Source: Nemertoderma westbladi (Eukaryota; Animalia; Xenacoelomorpha). From it: a DNA stretch of 64,000 nt. The notes below the pieces were generated by a model, which saw only the letters and a list, made by a program, of their open reading frames with translations, was not told the DNA's origin and ran no database searches. Positions within the stretch are counted from its first letter, which is position 1. Each line of letters opens with the position of its first letter. The stretch covers positions 33,021 through 97,020 of the forward strand of contig JAUCBJ010007942.1 in NCBI GenBank assembly GCA_032718475.1. Direction: 5' to 3'. Shown one piece after another: positions 32,843 to 45,700 of this stretch. The position numbers and the translations under genes were made by a program.

Positions 32843-35800
32843 CGGGGGTAGCGGCCCCCTCCATATGTCTGTATCACACGACCTGTTTTCATCTAGGGGT
32901 CTCGTTGTTCTTGTTCCTGTTGGGGTATATTGTTGATATTGTGATGGGGGAATGTCACCCTGTCCCCCCCCCCACCGGTATGTCTGGTACTGGGGTTGAT
33001 GTTAATATGTTGGGGCCCATACACCTATCCGCAATAATTCCCCCCTCCCCTGGGTATATGTTATGTCCCTGCATGCTGTAGTCATACTGCTGTACTGGTA
33101 CCGGTATAGGCCTATCAGCTTCTGGCCTACTCGCCGGTATGTATTCCGCGACTTCCGGGTTTAATCCCGTTGTCCGCGCTATCCTATCGCCTACATTGCC
33201 TCTCTCAGTATGGCCTACGGTATGTGCAGTAAGACCTACAGTATGCCCTACAGTCTGCATGTGTTGCTCGGGATCGAAGTTTATTCTTCTCGAATAATCC
33301 TCCCCGCGGCTACCGTATTCTCGATCGGTAGGTATATTCCGTCGGAAAGTTTCTCTTCGACCCCCCTCTCTACTGTTCTCTTCTTCGTACCGGTACATCG
33401 CGTACCCCTCTCTCGGCGTGTAATGCGCCTCACCGGATCGCATCCCTCCGGGGCGACGGCAATCTCCCGGAGTCCGACCCCATTGACTCTCCGTTCTCAT
33501 CTCGACTACCGACGGCTCGCTGTCCGTCCTCGCTCTTCTATCGTTTGCGGCGATATTTCTACTACTCTCTTCCTCTCCTCTCCTATCAGTGGAATATTCC
33601 CGCTCACGAGATCTCTCGTCGACCTCCCGGTTAAACCCCACTGTTCTTCTTTCCTCCTCTGATCGGGTTCGACGCTCCGTCTGCCCTCTCGCGACGTCAA
33701 CCTGTCTTTCTCTGCTCGATCGCACGCCGCTGGGGATACTCGCAATCCCCCTATTACTTTCCGTCGCCGGTTGTTGCGGTTTACCTTGTTCGGCCCTCGC
33801 ATTATCCGCTGACGGCTGTGGGACACTCTCTGCCCCCCCCCCTCTCGCCGCTAACTCTCTGTTGTGGGGCCCTCGTAGCCCCCCCCCACTCGCTACATCT
33901 AACTTCGCTACCTCTCTCCCCGCTATTATATGTCTCTCTAGTCAACACATCAACCCTACCACAGTCGGGTCTATTCACTCCCGCCTCTCCCTCTGCTATT
34001 GCGTGGCCTTCCAGGCCCTCTACTCCCTGCCTACCAACTACGCGGCCTACCAGGCCCTCTGCTCCCTGTCTACTAACTACGTGGCCTACCAGGCCCTCTG
34101 CTCCCTGTCTACTAACTACGTGGCCTACCAGGCCCTCTGCTCCCTGTCTACTAACTACGTGGCCTACCAGGCCCTCTGCTCCCTGGTTACGTAGGCCCGA
34201 CGTGTTTACACTAATAACACCCATATTGGAAACGGAATTAATTTGCTCGCCCAAAACAAAATCGTTTGTATTACTCTGGGCGGCCACGTTATCCGAATTA
34301 TTTTGTAAATTCGGATTTAGGTCATTATTTAAATTATTCGAATTATTTTGCGTGATCGCGTTATTTAAATTATTTTGTAGGTTCGAATTTGGATTATTAT
34401 TTTGATTATTTGAATTATTTTGCGTAACTACATCAATATTAGAATTATCTCCTACATTAACACTAGGATTGTTCTGATTTAAATTTACATTACTACCACT
34501 AGGTAAAGTATTTCCTGCAATAAAGGTTTGATTAGTGTTGTCCCATACGGTATTATCAATATTAACAACGCCTACTGTACCATCATTATTATTACCCCCC
34601 CCCCCGCCCGTACGGTCACACCAGTTTTGGGTCTGTCGTGCGGTCCCTGTCAGTGGGGCATTAATAAATGTATCTACGGCCCTCGGCTCCTCAAAAATAC
34701 TCGAGCCGGCCCCGCTTTCAGACACTCCTGCCCGCGCCCGTTCCAAATCGCGCGCGTGTACAGCTGTATACTCTAGGAGTTTCTCTCGCCGTTTCTCTAA
34801 CTCTATTCGGCCACTCTCCTCTCTTGTTACTTTCTCGCTAGACTCCCGTTCTCTCTGCTCGACCAATTCCATCTCTCTCACAATCCCCTCTCTTCTTCTC
34901 GCCTTACGCTCTTTGCGTTCACTTTCCTCTCTCGCCTCACGCTCCCTGCGTTCACTTTCCTCTCTCGCCTCACGCTCCCTGCGTTCACTTTCCTTTCTCG
35001 CCTCACGCTCCCTGCGTTCCGCCTCGCGTTTCTCGCGTTCCGCCTCGCGTTCCCTCTCTTCCCTCAACTCCATCTCGTCATACTCCCTAAGGTTCCTCGC
35101 GGCCCTTTCGCCCCTTTCCCTTAACTCTTTAATCGACACCGCTTCCCTCTCTAGCATCACTCTCCCCTCCTCTAGCCGTCTACCTACTTCTCTATTAGCT
35201 TCCACCGCTAGATTGAGACGGTGTCTGGCCTCTATCTCTCTCACCCGTCTTTCTTTTACGGAGGATGTAGCAGACTTATCGGTTATAACGGATTCCCTCC
35301 GCCTTCCCGACCCACTGGCTCTCCCCCGCTTCCCGGAACTTTCTCCGACCGACGAGGCCGAATCCTCGGAGTTAACCTCGGATTCGCCCCCTTCGAGTCC
35401 CCTCCAACCCACCGGTTTTATTCCCCGGGCATCGACCGAGTATGGCCCTATGTACACTGGCCCTACACTAGGTTCCATACCCCCACGCTCCCACAGTTCC
35501 AATAGTTCCACGGCAATCTCATGTGCCCTCGTTTCGGCTAGCTCTCTCTGCTCAAAGTGTATTAGATAACTAAAGTGTTTATCCGACTCACCTAGTCGCT
35601 TCCTCAGTCTCACCTCGTCCACCTTCGCCCCTTTCTTCTTGGCATCGTTTAGTATCCTCCGGGTTGCGATGTAAGCGCGTCGGAGTCGCTCAGAAACCCC
35701 GACGTCCTCGTCGCCGACTTCTCCCCTCTCCCTCCGGGTTCGACGTCGTACCGGCGGCTCCACCGTCGCCGTTCCGGTGGGCCGTCCGTCGCCCTCGGCC

Positions 35801-36156
35801 TGTAGCTGGCCGGCGACATCGGTACCGATCTTTGTTCCGTCTCTTCGCGTCCGGCGTCGCACCGTCGGCCCCACCGTCACCGTTTCGGTGGGCCGCTCGT
35901 CGCCCTCGGCCGGTAGCTGGCCGGCGACATCGGCGCGCCTTTCTCCGTCCCGTGTCGACTCCGCCCTTTCTCCCTCCTTCTCGCTCTCCCTTTCTCTTGG
36001 CTCGGCTTCGAGCTCCAGGCCCCCCTCATCCTCGACTTCCGGTCTGCCCACTATCGATGGCTCCGGCGTCGTGGGCCTGTATCGTTTGGTCGCGGCCTCG
36101 CGGATCGTTAGGTCTTCGTCCGGGGTCCGCTGTGGTGTCTCGCCCGAATCGCTCAT
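32843..36156 (-). CDS. gag: Long N-terminal extension of Gag, split by two frameshifts from the Gag-Pol ORF
   Basis: The 784 aa and 256 aa ORFs overlap in adjacent frames around G-runs at ~33833-33887. A C10 run at ~32964-32973 joins the 256 aa ORF to the pol frame (GGQGDIPP...GPLPPMTYP). Contains an ER-rich coiled coil, an Asn-rich block and 39 bp QGAEGLVGHVVSR repeats. Confidence 0.75.
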
Positions 36157-36261
36157 CTCTCTTCTGCAGATTTCGGTGGCTAGTGTTTATAGAGTTTGTC
36201 TAGGGCGGCAGCTGGCTTTAGTTACTGAGTTTAGCTGGGGAAGCAGCACCGATTTAGTTAC

Positions 36262-36799
36262 TGTGACGGGATCCAAGAGGGATCCCGATTTATCCGGTTG
36301 TGGTAATTTAGTCCACGCGTCCCCGCCGTGTATAAGGATGAAATAAAGTGACTGAGTTCTGAAGTTCGGTGTATAATAGGAAGTTATAAGATATAGATAT
36401 TGTGAATGTGTACAAGGCGGGATACGGTAACTAAAGTCCCGTGATCCCCTAACTAAACTAATTGGCTGTACCCTACGCTAGCACTGCTGCACTTGAGATA
36501 ACTGAATCACTGATTAATAGGTTATTGGTTATATTGCACGGTGGCCTTACTGCTACTCAATCGATGCCGTTCCCCCCTCTGATTGGTTAATACCCTTGTT
36601 GGCGCCCCGTGGAGTATTCCCGTTCACTCCACTGTGTTCTCCTTGGGTTAGGGGTTTGGCCCCTGACCCTCTATTGTGTGCTTCCTTCCCATTCTTATTG
36701 GGATGGCGCGAGTTGGTTAATTACCCAATCTCGCGGCTCCCAATATTGCTTATCGGCTAATAACTTTGTGGGGTGTTGGCGGGATTGAATAAGCTAACA
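36262..36799 (-). repeat. 5' LTR (538 bp)
   Basis: Direct repeat of 22334-22874 with scattered substitutions and one diverged block near 36490-36550. Confidence 0.95.
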
Positions 36800-39700
36800 G
36801 CTACGCTCCTTTCCCTTAAACACAGCCACTGTAACCCGCTACGCTCCTTTCCATTAAACACAGCCACTGTAACCCGCTACGCTCCTTTCCCTTAAACACA
36901 GCCACTGTAACCCGCTACGCTCCTTTCTCTTAAACACAGCCACTGTAACCCGCTACGCTCCTTTCTCTTAAACACAGCCTCTGTAACCCGCTACGCTCCT
37001 TTCCCTTAAACACAGCCACTGTAACCCGCTACGCTCCTTTCTCTTAAACACAGCCACTGTAACCCGCTACGCTCCTTTCCCTTAAACACAGCCACTGTAA
37101 CCCGCTACGCTCCTTTCCATTAAACACAGCCACTGTAACCCGCTATGCTCCTTTCTCTTAAACACAGCCACTGTAACCCGCTATGCTCCTTTCCCTTAAA
37201 CACAGCCACTGTAACCTGCTCCTTTCCCTTAAACACAGCCACTGTAACCCGCTACGCTCCTTTCCCTTAAACACAGCCACTGTAACCCGCTACGCTCCTT
37301 TCCCTTAAACACAGCCACTGTAACCCGCTACGCTCCTTTCCCTTAAACACAGCCACTGTAACCCGCTACGCTCCTTTCCCTTAAACACAGCCACTGTAAC
37401 CCGCTACGCTCCTTTCTCTTAAACACAGCCACTGTAACCCGCTACGCTCCTTTCCCTTAAACACAGCCACTGTAACCCGCTACGCTCCTTTCCCTTAAAC
37501 ACAGCCACTGTAACCCGCTACACTCCTTTCCCTTAAACACAGCCACTGTAACCCGCTACGCTCCTTTCCCTTAAACACAGCCACTGTAACCCGCTACGCT
37601 CCTTTCCCTTAAACACAGCCACTGTAACCCGCTACGCTCCTTTCCCTTAAACACAGCCACTGTAACCCGCTACGCTCCTTTCCCTTAAACACAGCCACTG
37701 TAACCCGCTACGCTCCTTTCCCTTAAACACAGCCACTGTAACCCGCTACGCTCCTTTCCCTTAAACACAGCCACTGTAACCCGCTACGCTCCTTTCTCTT
37801 AAACACAGCCACTGTAACCCGCTACGCTCCTTTCCCTTAAACACAGCCACTGTAACCCGCTACGCTCCTTTCCCTTAAACACAGCCACTGTAACCCGCTA
37901 CGCTCCTTTCCCTTAAACACAGCCACTGTAACCCGCTACGCTCCTTTCTCTTAAACACAGCCACTGTAACCCGCTACGCTCCTTTCCCTTAAACACAGCC
38001 ACTGTAACCCGCTACGCTCCTTTCCATTAAACACAGCCTCTGTAACCTGCTACGCTCCTTTCTCTTAAACACAGCCACTGTAACCCGCTACGCTCCTTTC
38101 CCTTAAACACAGCCACTGTAACCCGCTACGCTCCTTTCCCTTAAACACAGCCACTGTAACCCGCTACGCTCCTTTCCCTTAAACACAGCCACTGTAACCC
38201 GCTACGCTCATTTCCCTTAAACACAGCCACTGTAACCCGCTACGCTCCTTTCCCTTAAACACAGCCACTGTAACCCACTACGCTCCTTTCTCTTAAACAC
38301 AGCCACTGTAACCCGCTACGCTCCTTTACCTTAAACACAGCCACTGTAACCCGCTACGCTCCTTTCCCTTAAACACAGCCACTGTAACCCGCTACGCTCC
38401 TTTCCCTTAAACACAGCCACTGTAACCTGCTACGCTCCTTTCCCTTAAACACAGCCACTGTAACCCGCTATGCTCCTTTACCTTAAACACAGCCACTGTA
38501 ACCCGCTACGCTCCTTTCCCTTAAACACAGCCACTGTAACCCGCTATGCTCCTTTCTCTTAAATACAGCCACTGTAACCCGCTACGCTCCTTTCCATTAA
38601 ACACAGCCACTGTAACCCGCTACGCTCCTTTCCCTTAAACACAGCCACTGTAACCCGCTATGCTCCTTTCTCTTAAATACAGCCACTGTAACCCGCTACG
38701 CTCCTTTCCATTAAACACAGCCACTGTAACCCGCTACGCTCCTTTCCCTTAAACACAGCCACTGTAACCTGCTACGCTCCTTTCCCTTAAACACAGCCAC
38801 TGTAACCCGCTATGCTCCTTTCCCTTAAACACAGCCACTGTAACCCGCTACGCTCCTTTCCCTTAAACACAGCCACTGTAACCCGCTATGCTCCTTTCTC
38901 TTAAATACAGCCACTGTAACCCGCTACGCTCCTTTCCATTAAACACAGCCACTGTAACCTGCTACGCTCCTTTCTCTTAAACACAGCCACTGTAACCCGC
39001 TACGCTCCTTTCCCTTAAACACAGCCACTGTAACCCGCTACGCTCCTTTCCCTTAAACACAGCCACTGTAACCTGCTACGCTCCTTTCCCTTAAACACAG
39101 CCACTGTAACCCGCTATGCTCCTTTCCCTTAAACACAGCCACTGTAACCCGCTACGCTCCTTTCCCTTAAACACAGCCACTGTAACCCGCTATGCTCCTT
39201 TCTCTTAAATACAGCCACTGTAACCCGCTACGCTCCTTTCCATTAAACACAGCCACTGTAACCCGCTACGCTCCTTTCTCTTAAACACAGCCACTGTAAC
39301 CCGCTACGCTCCTTTCCATTAAACACAGCCACTGTAACCCGCTACGCTCCTTTCTCTTAAACACAGCCACTGTAACCCGCTACGCTCCTTTCCATTAAAC
39401 ACAGCCACTGTAACCCGCTACGCTCCTTTCCCTTAAACACAGCCTCTGTAACCCGCTACGCTCCTTTCTCTTAAACACAGCCACTGTAACCCGCTACGCT
39501 CCTTTCCCTTAAACACAGCCACTGTAACCCGCTACGCTCCTTTCTCTTAAACACAGCCACTGTAACCCGCTACGCTCCTTTCCATTAAACACAGCCACTG
39601 TAACCCGCTACGCTCCTTTCCCTTAAACACAGCCACTGTAACCCGCTACGCTCCTTTCTCTTAAACACAGCCACTGTAACCCGCTACGCTCCTTTACCTT

Positions 39701-42700
39701 AAACACAGCCACTGTAACCCGCTACGCTCCTTTCCCTTAAACACAGCCACTGTAACCCGCTACGCTCCTTTCCCTTAAACACAGCCACTGTAACCCGCTA
39801 CGCTCCTTTCTCTTAAACACAGCCACTGTAACCCGCTACGCTCCTTTCCCTTAAACACAGCCACTGTAACCCGCTACGCTCCTTTCCATTAAACACAGCC
39901 ACTGTAACCTGCTACGCTCCTTTCTCTTAAACACAGCCACTGTAACCCGCTACGCTCCTTTCCCTTAAACACAGCCACTGTAACCCGCTACGCTCCTTTC
40001 CCTTAAACACAGCCACTGTAACCCGCTACGCTCCTTTCCCTTAAACACAGCCACTGTAACCCGCTACGCTCCTTTCCCTTAAACACAGCCACTGTAACCC
40101 GCTACGCTCCTTTCCCTTAAACACAGCCACTGTAACCCGCTACGCTCCTTTCTCTTAAACACAGCCACTGTAACCCGCTACGCTCCTTTACCTTAAACAC
40201 AGCCACTGTAACCCGCTACGCTCCTTTCCCTTAAACACAGCCACTGTAACCCGCTACGCTCCTTTCCCTTAAACACAGCCACTGTAACCCGCTACGCTCC
40301 TTTCCCTTAAACACAGCCACTGTAACCCGCTACGCTCCTTTCCCTTAAACACAGCCACTGTAACCCGCTACGCTCCTTTCCCTTAAACACAGCCACTGTA
40401 ACCCGCTACGCTCCTTTCCCTTAAACACAGCCACTGTAACCCGCTACGCTCCTTTCCATTAAACACAGCCACTGTAACCCGCTACGCTCCTTTCCCTTAA
40501 ACACAGCCACTGTAACCCGCTACGCTCCTTTCTCTTAAACACAGCCACTGTAACCCGCTACGCTCCTTTCCATTAAACACAGCCACTGTAACCCGCTACG
40601 CTCCTTTCCCTTAAACACAGCCACTGTAACCCGCTACGCTCCTTTCCCTTAAACACAGCCACTGTAACCCGCTACGCTCCTTTCCCTTAAACACAGCCAC
40701 TGTAACCCGCTACGCTCCTTTCCCTTAAACACAGCCACTGTAACCCGCTACGCTCCTTTCCCTTAAACACAGCCACTGTAACCCGCTATGCTCCTTTCTC
40801 TTAAATACAGCCACTGTAACCCGCTACGCTCGTTTTCCATTAAACACAGCCACTGTAACCTGCTACGCTCCTTTCCCTTAAACACAGCCACTGTAACCCG
40901 CTACGCTCCTTTCCCTTAAACACAGCCACTGTAACCCGCTACGCTCCTTTCCCTTAAACACAGCCACTGTAACCTGCTACGCTCCTTTCCCTTAAACACA
41001 GCCACTGTAACCCGCTACGCTCCTTTCCCTTAAACACAGCCACTGTAACCCGCTACGCTCCTTTCCCTTAAACACAGCCACTGTAACCCGCTACGCTCCT
41101 TTCTCTTAAACACAGCCACTGTAACCCGCTACGCTCCTTTCCATTAAACACAGCCACTGTAACCCGCTACGCTCCTTTCTCTTAAACACAGCCACTGTAA
41201 CCCGCTACGCTCCTTTCCATTAAACACAGCCACTGTAACCCGCTACGCTCCTTTCTCTTAAACACAGCCACTGTAACCCGCTACGCTCCTTTCCCTTAAA
41301 CACAGCCACTGTAACCCGCTACGCTCCTTTCCCTTAAACACAGCCTCTGTAACCCGCTACGCTCCTTTCTCTTAAACACAGCCACTGTAACCCGCTACGC
41401 TCCTTTCCCTTAAACACAGCCACTGTAACCCGCTACGCTCCTTTCTCTTAAACACAGCCACTGTAACCCGCTACGCTCCTTTCCCTTAAACACAGCCACT
41501 GTAACCCGCTACGCTCCTTTCCCTTAAACACAGCCACTGTAACCCGCTACGCTCCTTTCCCTTAAACACAGCCACTGTAACCCGCTACGCTCCTTTCCAT
41601 TAAACACAGCCACTGTAACCCGCTACGCTCCTTTCCCTTAAACACAGCCACTGTAACCCGCTACGCTCCTTTCTCTTAAACACAGCCACTGTAACCCGCT
41701 ACGCTCTTTCCCTTAAACACAGCCACTGTAACCCGCTACGCTCCTTTCCCTTAAACACAGCCACTGTAACCCGCTACGCTCCTTTCCATTAAACACAGCC
41801 ACTGTAACCCGCTACGCTCCTTTCCCTTAAACACAGCCACTGTAACCCGCTACGCTCCTTTCCCTTAAACACAGCCACTGTAACCCGCTACGCTCCTTTC
41901 CCTTAAACACAGCCACTGTAACCCGCTACGCTCCTTTCCCTTAAACACAGCCACTGTAACCCGCTACGCTCCTTTCTCTTAAACACAGCCACTGTAACCC
42001 GCTACGCTCCTTTCCCTTAAACACAGCCACTGTAACCCGCTACGCTCCTTTCCCTTAAACACAGCCACTGTAACCCGCTACGCTCCTTTCCCTTAAACAC
42101 AGCCACTGTAACCCGCTACGCTCCTTTCCATTAAACACAGCCACTGTAACCCGCTACGCTCCTTTCCCTTAAACACAGCCACTGTAACCCGCTACGCTCC
42201 TTTCCCTTAAACACAGCCACTGTAACCCGCTACGCTCCTTTCCCTTAAACACAGCCACTGTAACCCGCTACGCTCATTTCCCTTAAACACAGCCACTGTA
42301 ACCCGCTACGCTCCTTTCCCTTAAACACAGCCACTGTAACCCGCTACGCTCCTTTCCATTAAACACAGCCTCTGTAACCCGCTACGCTCCTTTCCATTAA
42401 ACACAGCCACTGTAACCCGCTACGCTCCTTTCCCTTAAACACAGCCACTGTAACCCGCTACGCTCCTTTCCCTTAAACACAGCCACTGTAACCCGCTACG
42501 CTCCTTTCCCTTAAACACAGCCACTGTAACCCGCTACGCTCCTTTCCCTTAAACACAGCCACTGTAACCCGCTACGCTCCTTTCCATTAAACACAGCCTC
42601 TGTAACCCGCTACGCTCCTTTCCCTTAAACACAGCCTCTGTAACCCGCTACGCTCCTTTCCATTAAACACAGCCACTGTAACCCGCTACGCTCCTTTCTC

Positions 42701-45700
42701 TTAAACACAGCCACTGTAACCCGCTATGCTCCTTTCCATTAAACACAGCCACTGTAACCTGCTACGCTCCTTTCCCTTAAACACAGCCACTGTAACCCGC
42801 TACGCTCCTTTCCCTTAAACACAGCCACTGTAACCCGCTACGCTCCTTTCCATTAAACACAGCCACTGTAACCCGCTACGCTCCTTTCCCTTAAACACAG
42901 CCACTGTAACCCGCTACGCTCCTTTCCCTTAAACACAGCCACTGTAACCCGCTACGCTCCTTTCCCTTAAACACAGCCACTGTAACCCGCTACGCTCCTT
43001 TCCATTAAACACAGCCACTGTAACCCGCTACGCTCCTTTCCATTAAACACAGCCACTGTAACCCGCTACGCTCCTTTCCATTAAACACAGCCTCTGTAAC
43101 CCGCTACGCTCCTTTCTCTTAAACACAGCCACTGTAACCTGCTCATTTCCCTTAAACACAGCCACTGTAACCCGCTACGCTCCTTTCCATTAAACACAGC
43201 CTCTGTAACCCGCTACGCTCATTTCCCTTAAACACAGCCACTGTAACCCGCTACGCTCCTTTCCATTAAACACAGCCTCTGTAACCCGCTACGCTCCTTT
43301 CCATTAAACACAGCCACTGTAACCCGCTACGCTCATTTCCCTTAAACACAGCCACTGTAACCCGCTACGCTCCTTTCCCTTAAACACAGCCTCTGTAACC
43401 CGCTACGCTCCTTTCCATTAAACACAGCCACTGTAACCCGCTACGCTCCTTTCCCTTAAACACAGCCTCTGTAACCCGCTACGCTCCTTTCCATTAAACA
43501 CAGCCACTGTAACCCGCTACGCTCCTTTCCCTTAAACACAGCCTCTGTAACCCGCTACGCTCCTTTCCATTAAACACAGCCACTGTAACCCGCTACGCTC
43601 CTTTCTCTTAAACACAGCCACTGTAACCCGCTACGCTCCTTTCCCTTAAACACAGCCACTGTAACCCGCTACGCTCCTTTACATTAAACACAGCCACTGT
43701 AACCCGCTACGCTCCTTTCCATTAAACACAGCCTCTGTAACCCGCTACGCTCCTTTCCATTAAACACAGCCACTGTAACCCGCTACGCTCATTTCCCTTA
43801 AACACAGCCACTGTAACCCGCTACGCTCCTTTCCCTTAAACACAGCCTCTGTAACCCGCTACGCTCCTTTCCATTAAACACAGCCACTGTAACCTGCTAC
43901 GCTCCTTTCCATTAAACACAGCCTCTGTAACCCGCTACGCTCCTTTCTCTTAAACACAGCCACTGTAACCTGCTCATTTCCCTTAAACACAGCCACTGTA
44001 ACCCGCTACGCTCCTTTCCATTAAACACAGCCTCTGTAACCCGCTACGCTCATTTCCCTTAAACACAGCCACTGTAACCCGCTACGCTCCTTTCCATTAA
44101 ACACAGCCTCTGTAACCCGCTACGCTCCTTTCCCTTAAACACAGCCTCTGTAACCCGCTACGCTCCTTTCCATTAAACACAGCCACTGTAACCCGCTACG
44201 CTCCTTTCCCTTAAACACAGCCACTGTAACCCGCTACGCTCCTTTCCCTTAAACACAGCCACTGTAACCCGCTACGCTCCTTTCCCTTAAACACAGCCAC
44301 TGTAACCCGCTACGCTCCTTTCCCTTAAACACAGCCACTGTAACCCGCTACGCTCCTTTCCATTAAACACAGCCACTGTAACCCGCTACGCTCCTTTCCC
44401 TTAAACACAGCCTCTGTAACCCGCTACGCTCCTTTCCATTAAACACAGCCACTGTAACCCGCTACGCTCCTTTCTCTTAAACACAGCCACTGTAACCCGC
44501 TATGCTCCTTTCCATTAAACACAGCCACTGTAACCTGCTACGCTCCTTTCCCTTAAACACAGCCACTGTAACCCGCTACGCTCCTTTCCCTTAAACACAG
44601 CCACTGTAACCCGCTACGCTCCTTTCCATTAAACACAGCCACTGTAACCCGCTACGCTCCTTTCCCTTAAACACAGCCACTGTAACCCGCTACGCTCCTT
44701 TCCCTTAAACACAGCCACTGTAACCCGCTACGCTCCTTTCCCTTAAACACAGCCACTGTAACCCGCTACGCTCCTTTCCATTAAACACAGCCACTGTAAC
44801 CCGCTACGCTCCTTTCCATTAAACACAGCCACTGTAACCCGCTACGCTCCTTTCCATTAAACACAGCCTCTGTAACCCGCTACGCTCCTTTCTCTTAAAC
44901 ACAGCCACTGTAACCTGCTCATTTCCCTTAAACACAGCCACTGTAACCCGCTACGCTCCTTTCCATTAAACACAGCCTCTGTAACCCGCTACGCTCATTT
45001 CCCTTAAACACAGCCACTGTAACCCGCTACGCTCCTTTCCATTAAACACAGCCTCTGTAACCCGCTACGCTCCTTTCCATTAAACACAGCCACTGTAACC
45101 CGCTACGCTCCTTTCCCTTAAACACAGCCACTGTAACCCGCTACGCTCCTTTCCCTTAAACACAGCCACTGTAACCCGCTACGCTCCTTTCCCTTAAACA
45201 CAGCCACTGTAACCCGCTACGCTCCTTTCCCTTAAACACAGCCACTGTAACCCGCTACGCTCCTTTCCATTAAACACAGCCACTGTAACCCGCTACGCTC
45301 CTTTCCCTTAAACACAGCCTCTGTAACCCGCTACGCTCCTTTCCATTAAACACAGCCACTGTAACCTGCTACGCTCCTTTCTCTTAAACACAGCCACTGT
45401 AACCCGCTACGCTCCTTTCCCTTAAACACAGCCACTGTAACCCGCTACGCTCCTTTCCATTAAACACAGCCACTGTAACCCGCTACGCTCCTTTCCATTA
45501 AACACAGCCTCTGTAACCCGCTACGCTCCTTTCCATTAAACACAGCCACTGTAACCCGCTACGCTCCTTTCCCTTAAACACAGCCACTGTAACCCGCTAC
45601 GCTCCTTTCCCTTAAACACAGCCTCTGTAACCCGCTACGCTCCTTTCCATTAAACACAGCCACTGTAACCTGCTACGCTCCTTTCCATTAAACACAGCCT

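Larger units (their letters stand above)
22334..36799 (-). mobile_element. Full-length BEL/Pao LTR retrotransposon (14.5 kb) with an extra ORF
   Basis: Two ~540 bp LTRs bounded by TGT...ACA; PPT next to the left (3') LTR; BEL/Pao domain order Gag-PR-RT-RH-IN. Confidence 0.95.

Noticed and set aside
23520-36346. Many plus-strand ORFs over the BEL/Pao element
   Set aside because: Antisense shadows of the long minus-strand ORFs, with no recognisable motifs.
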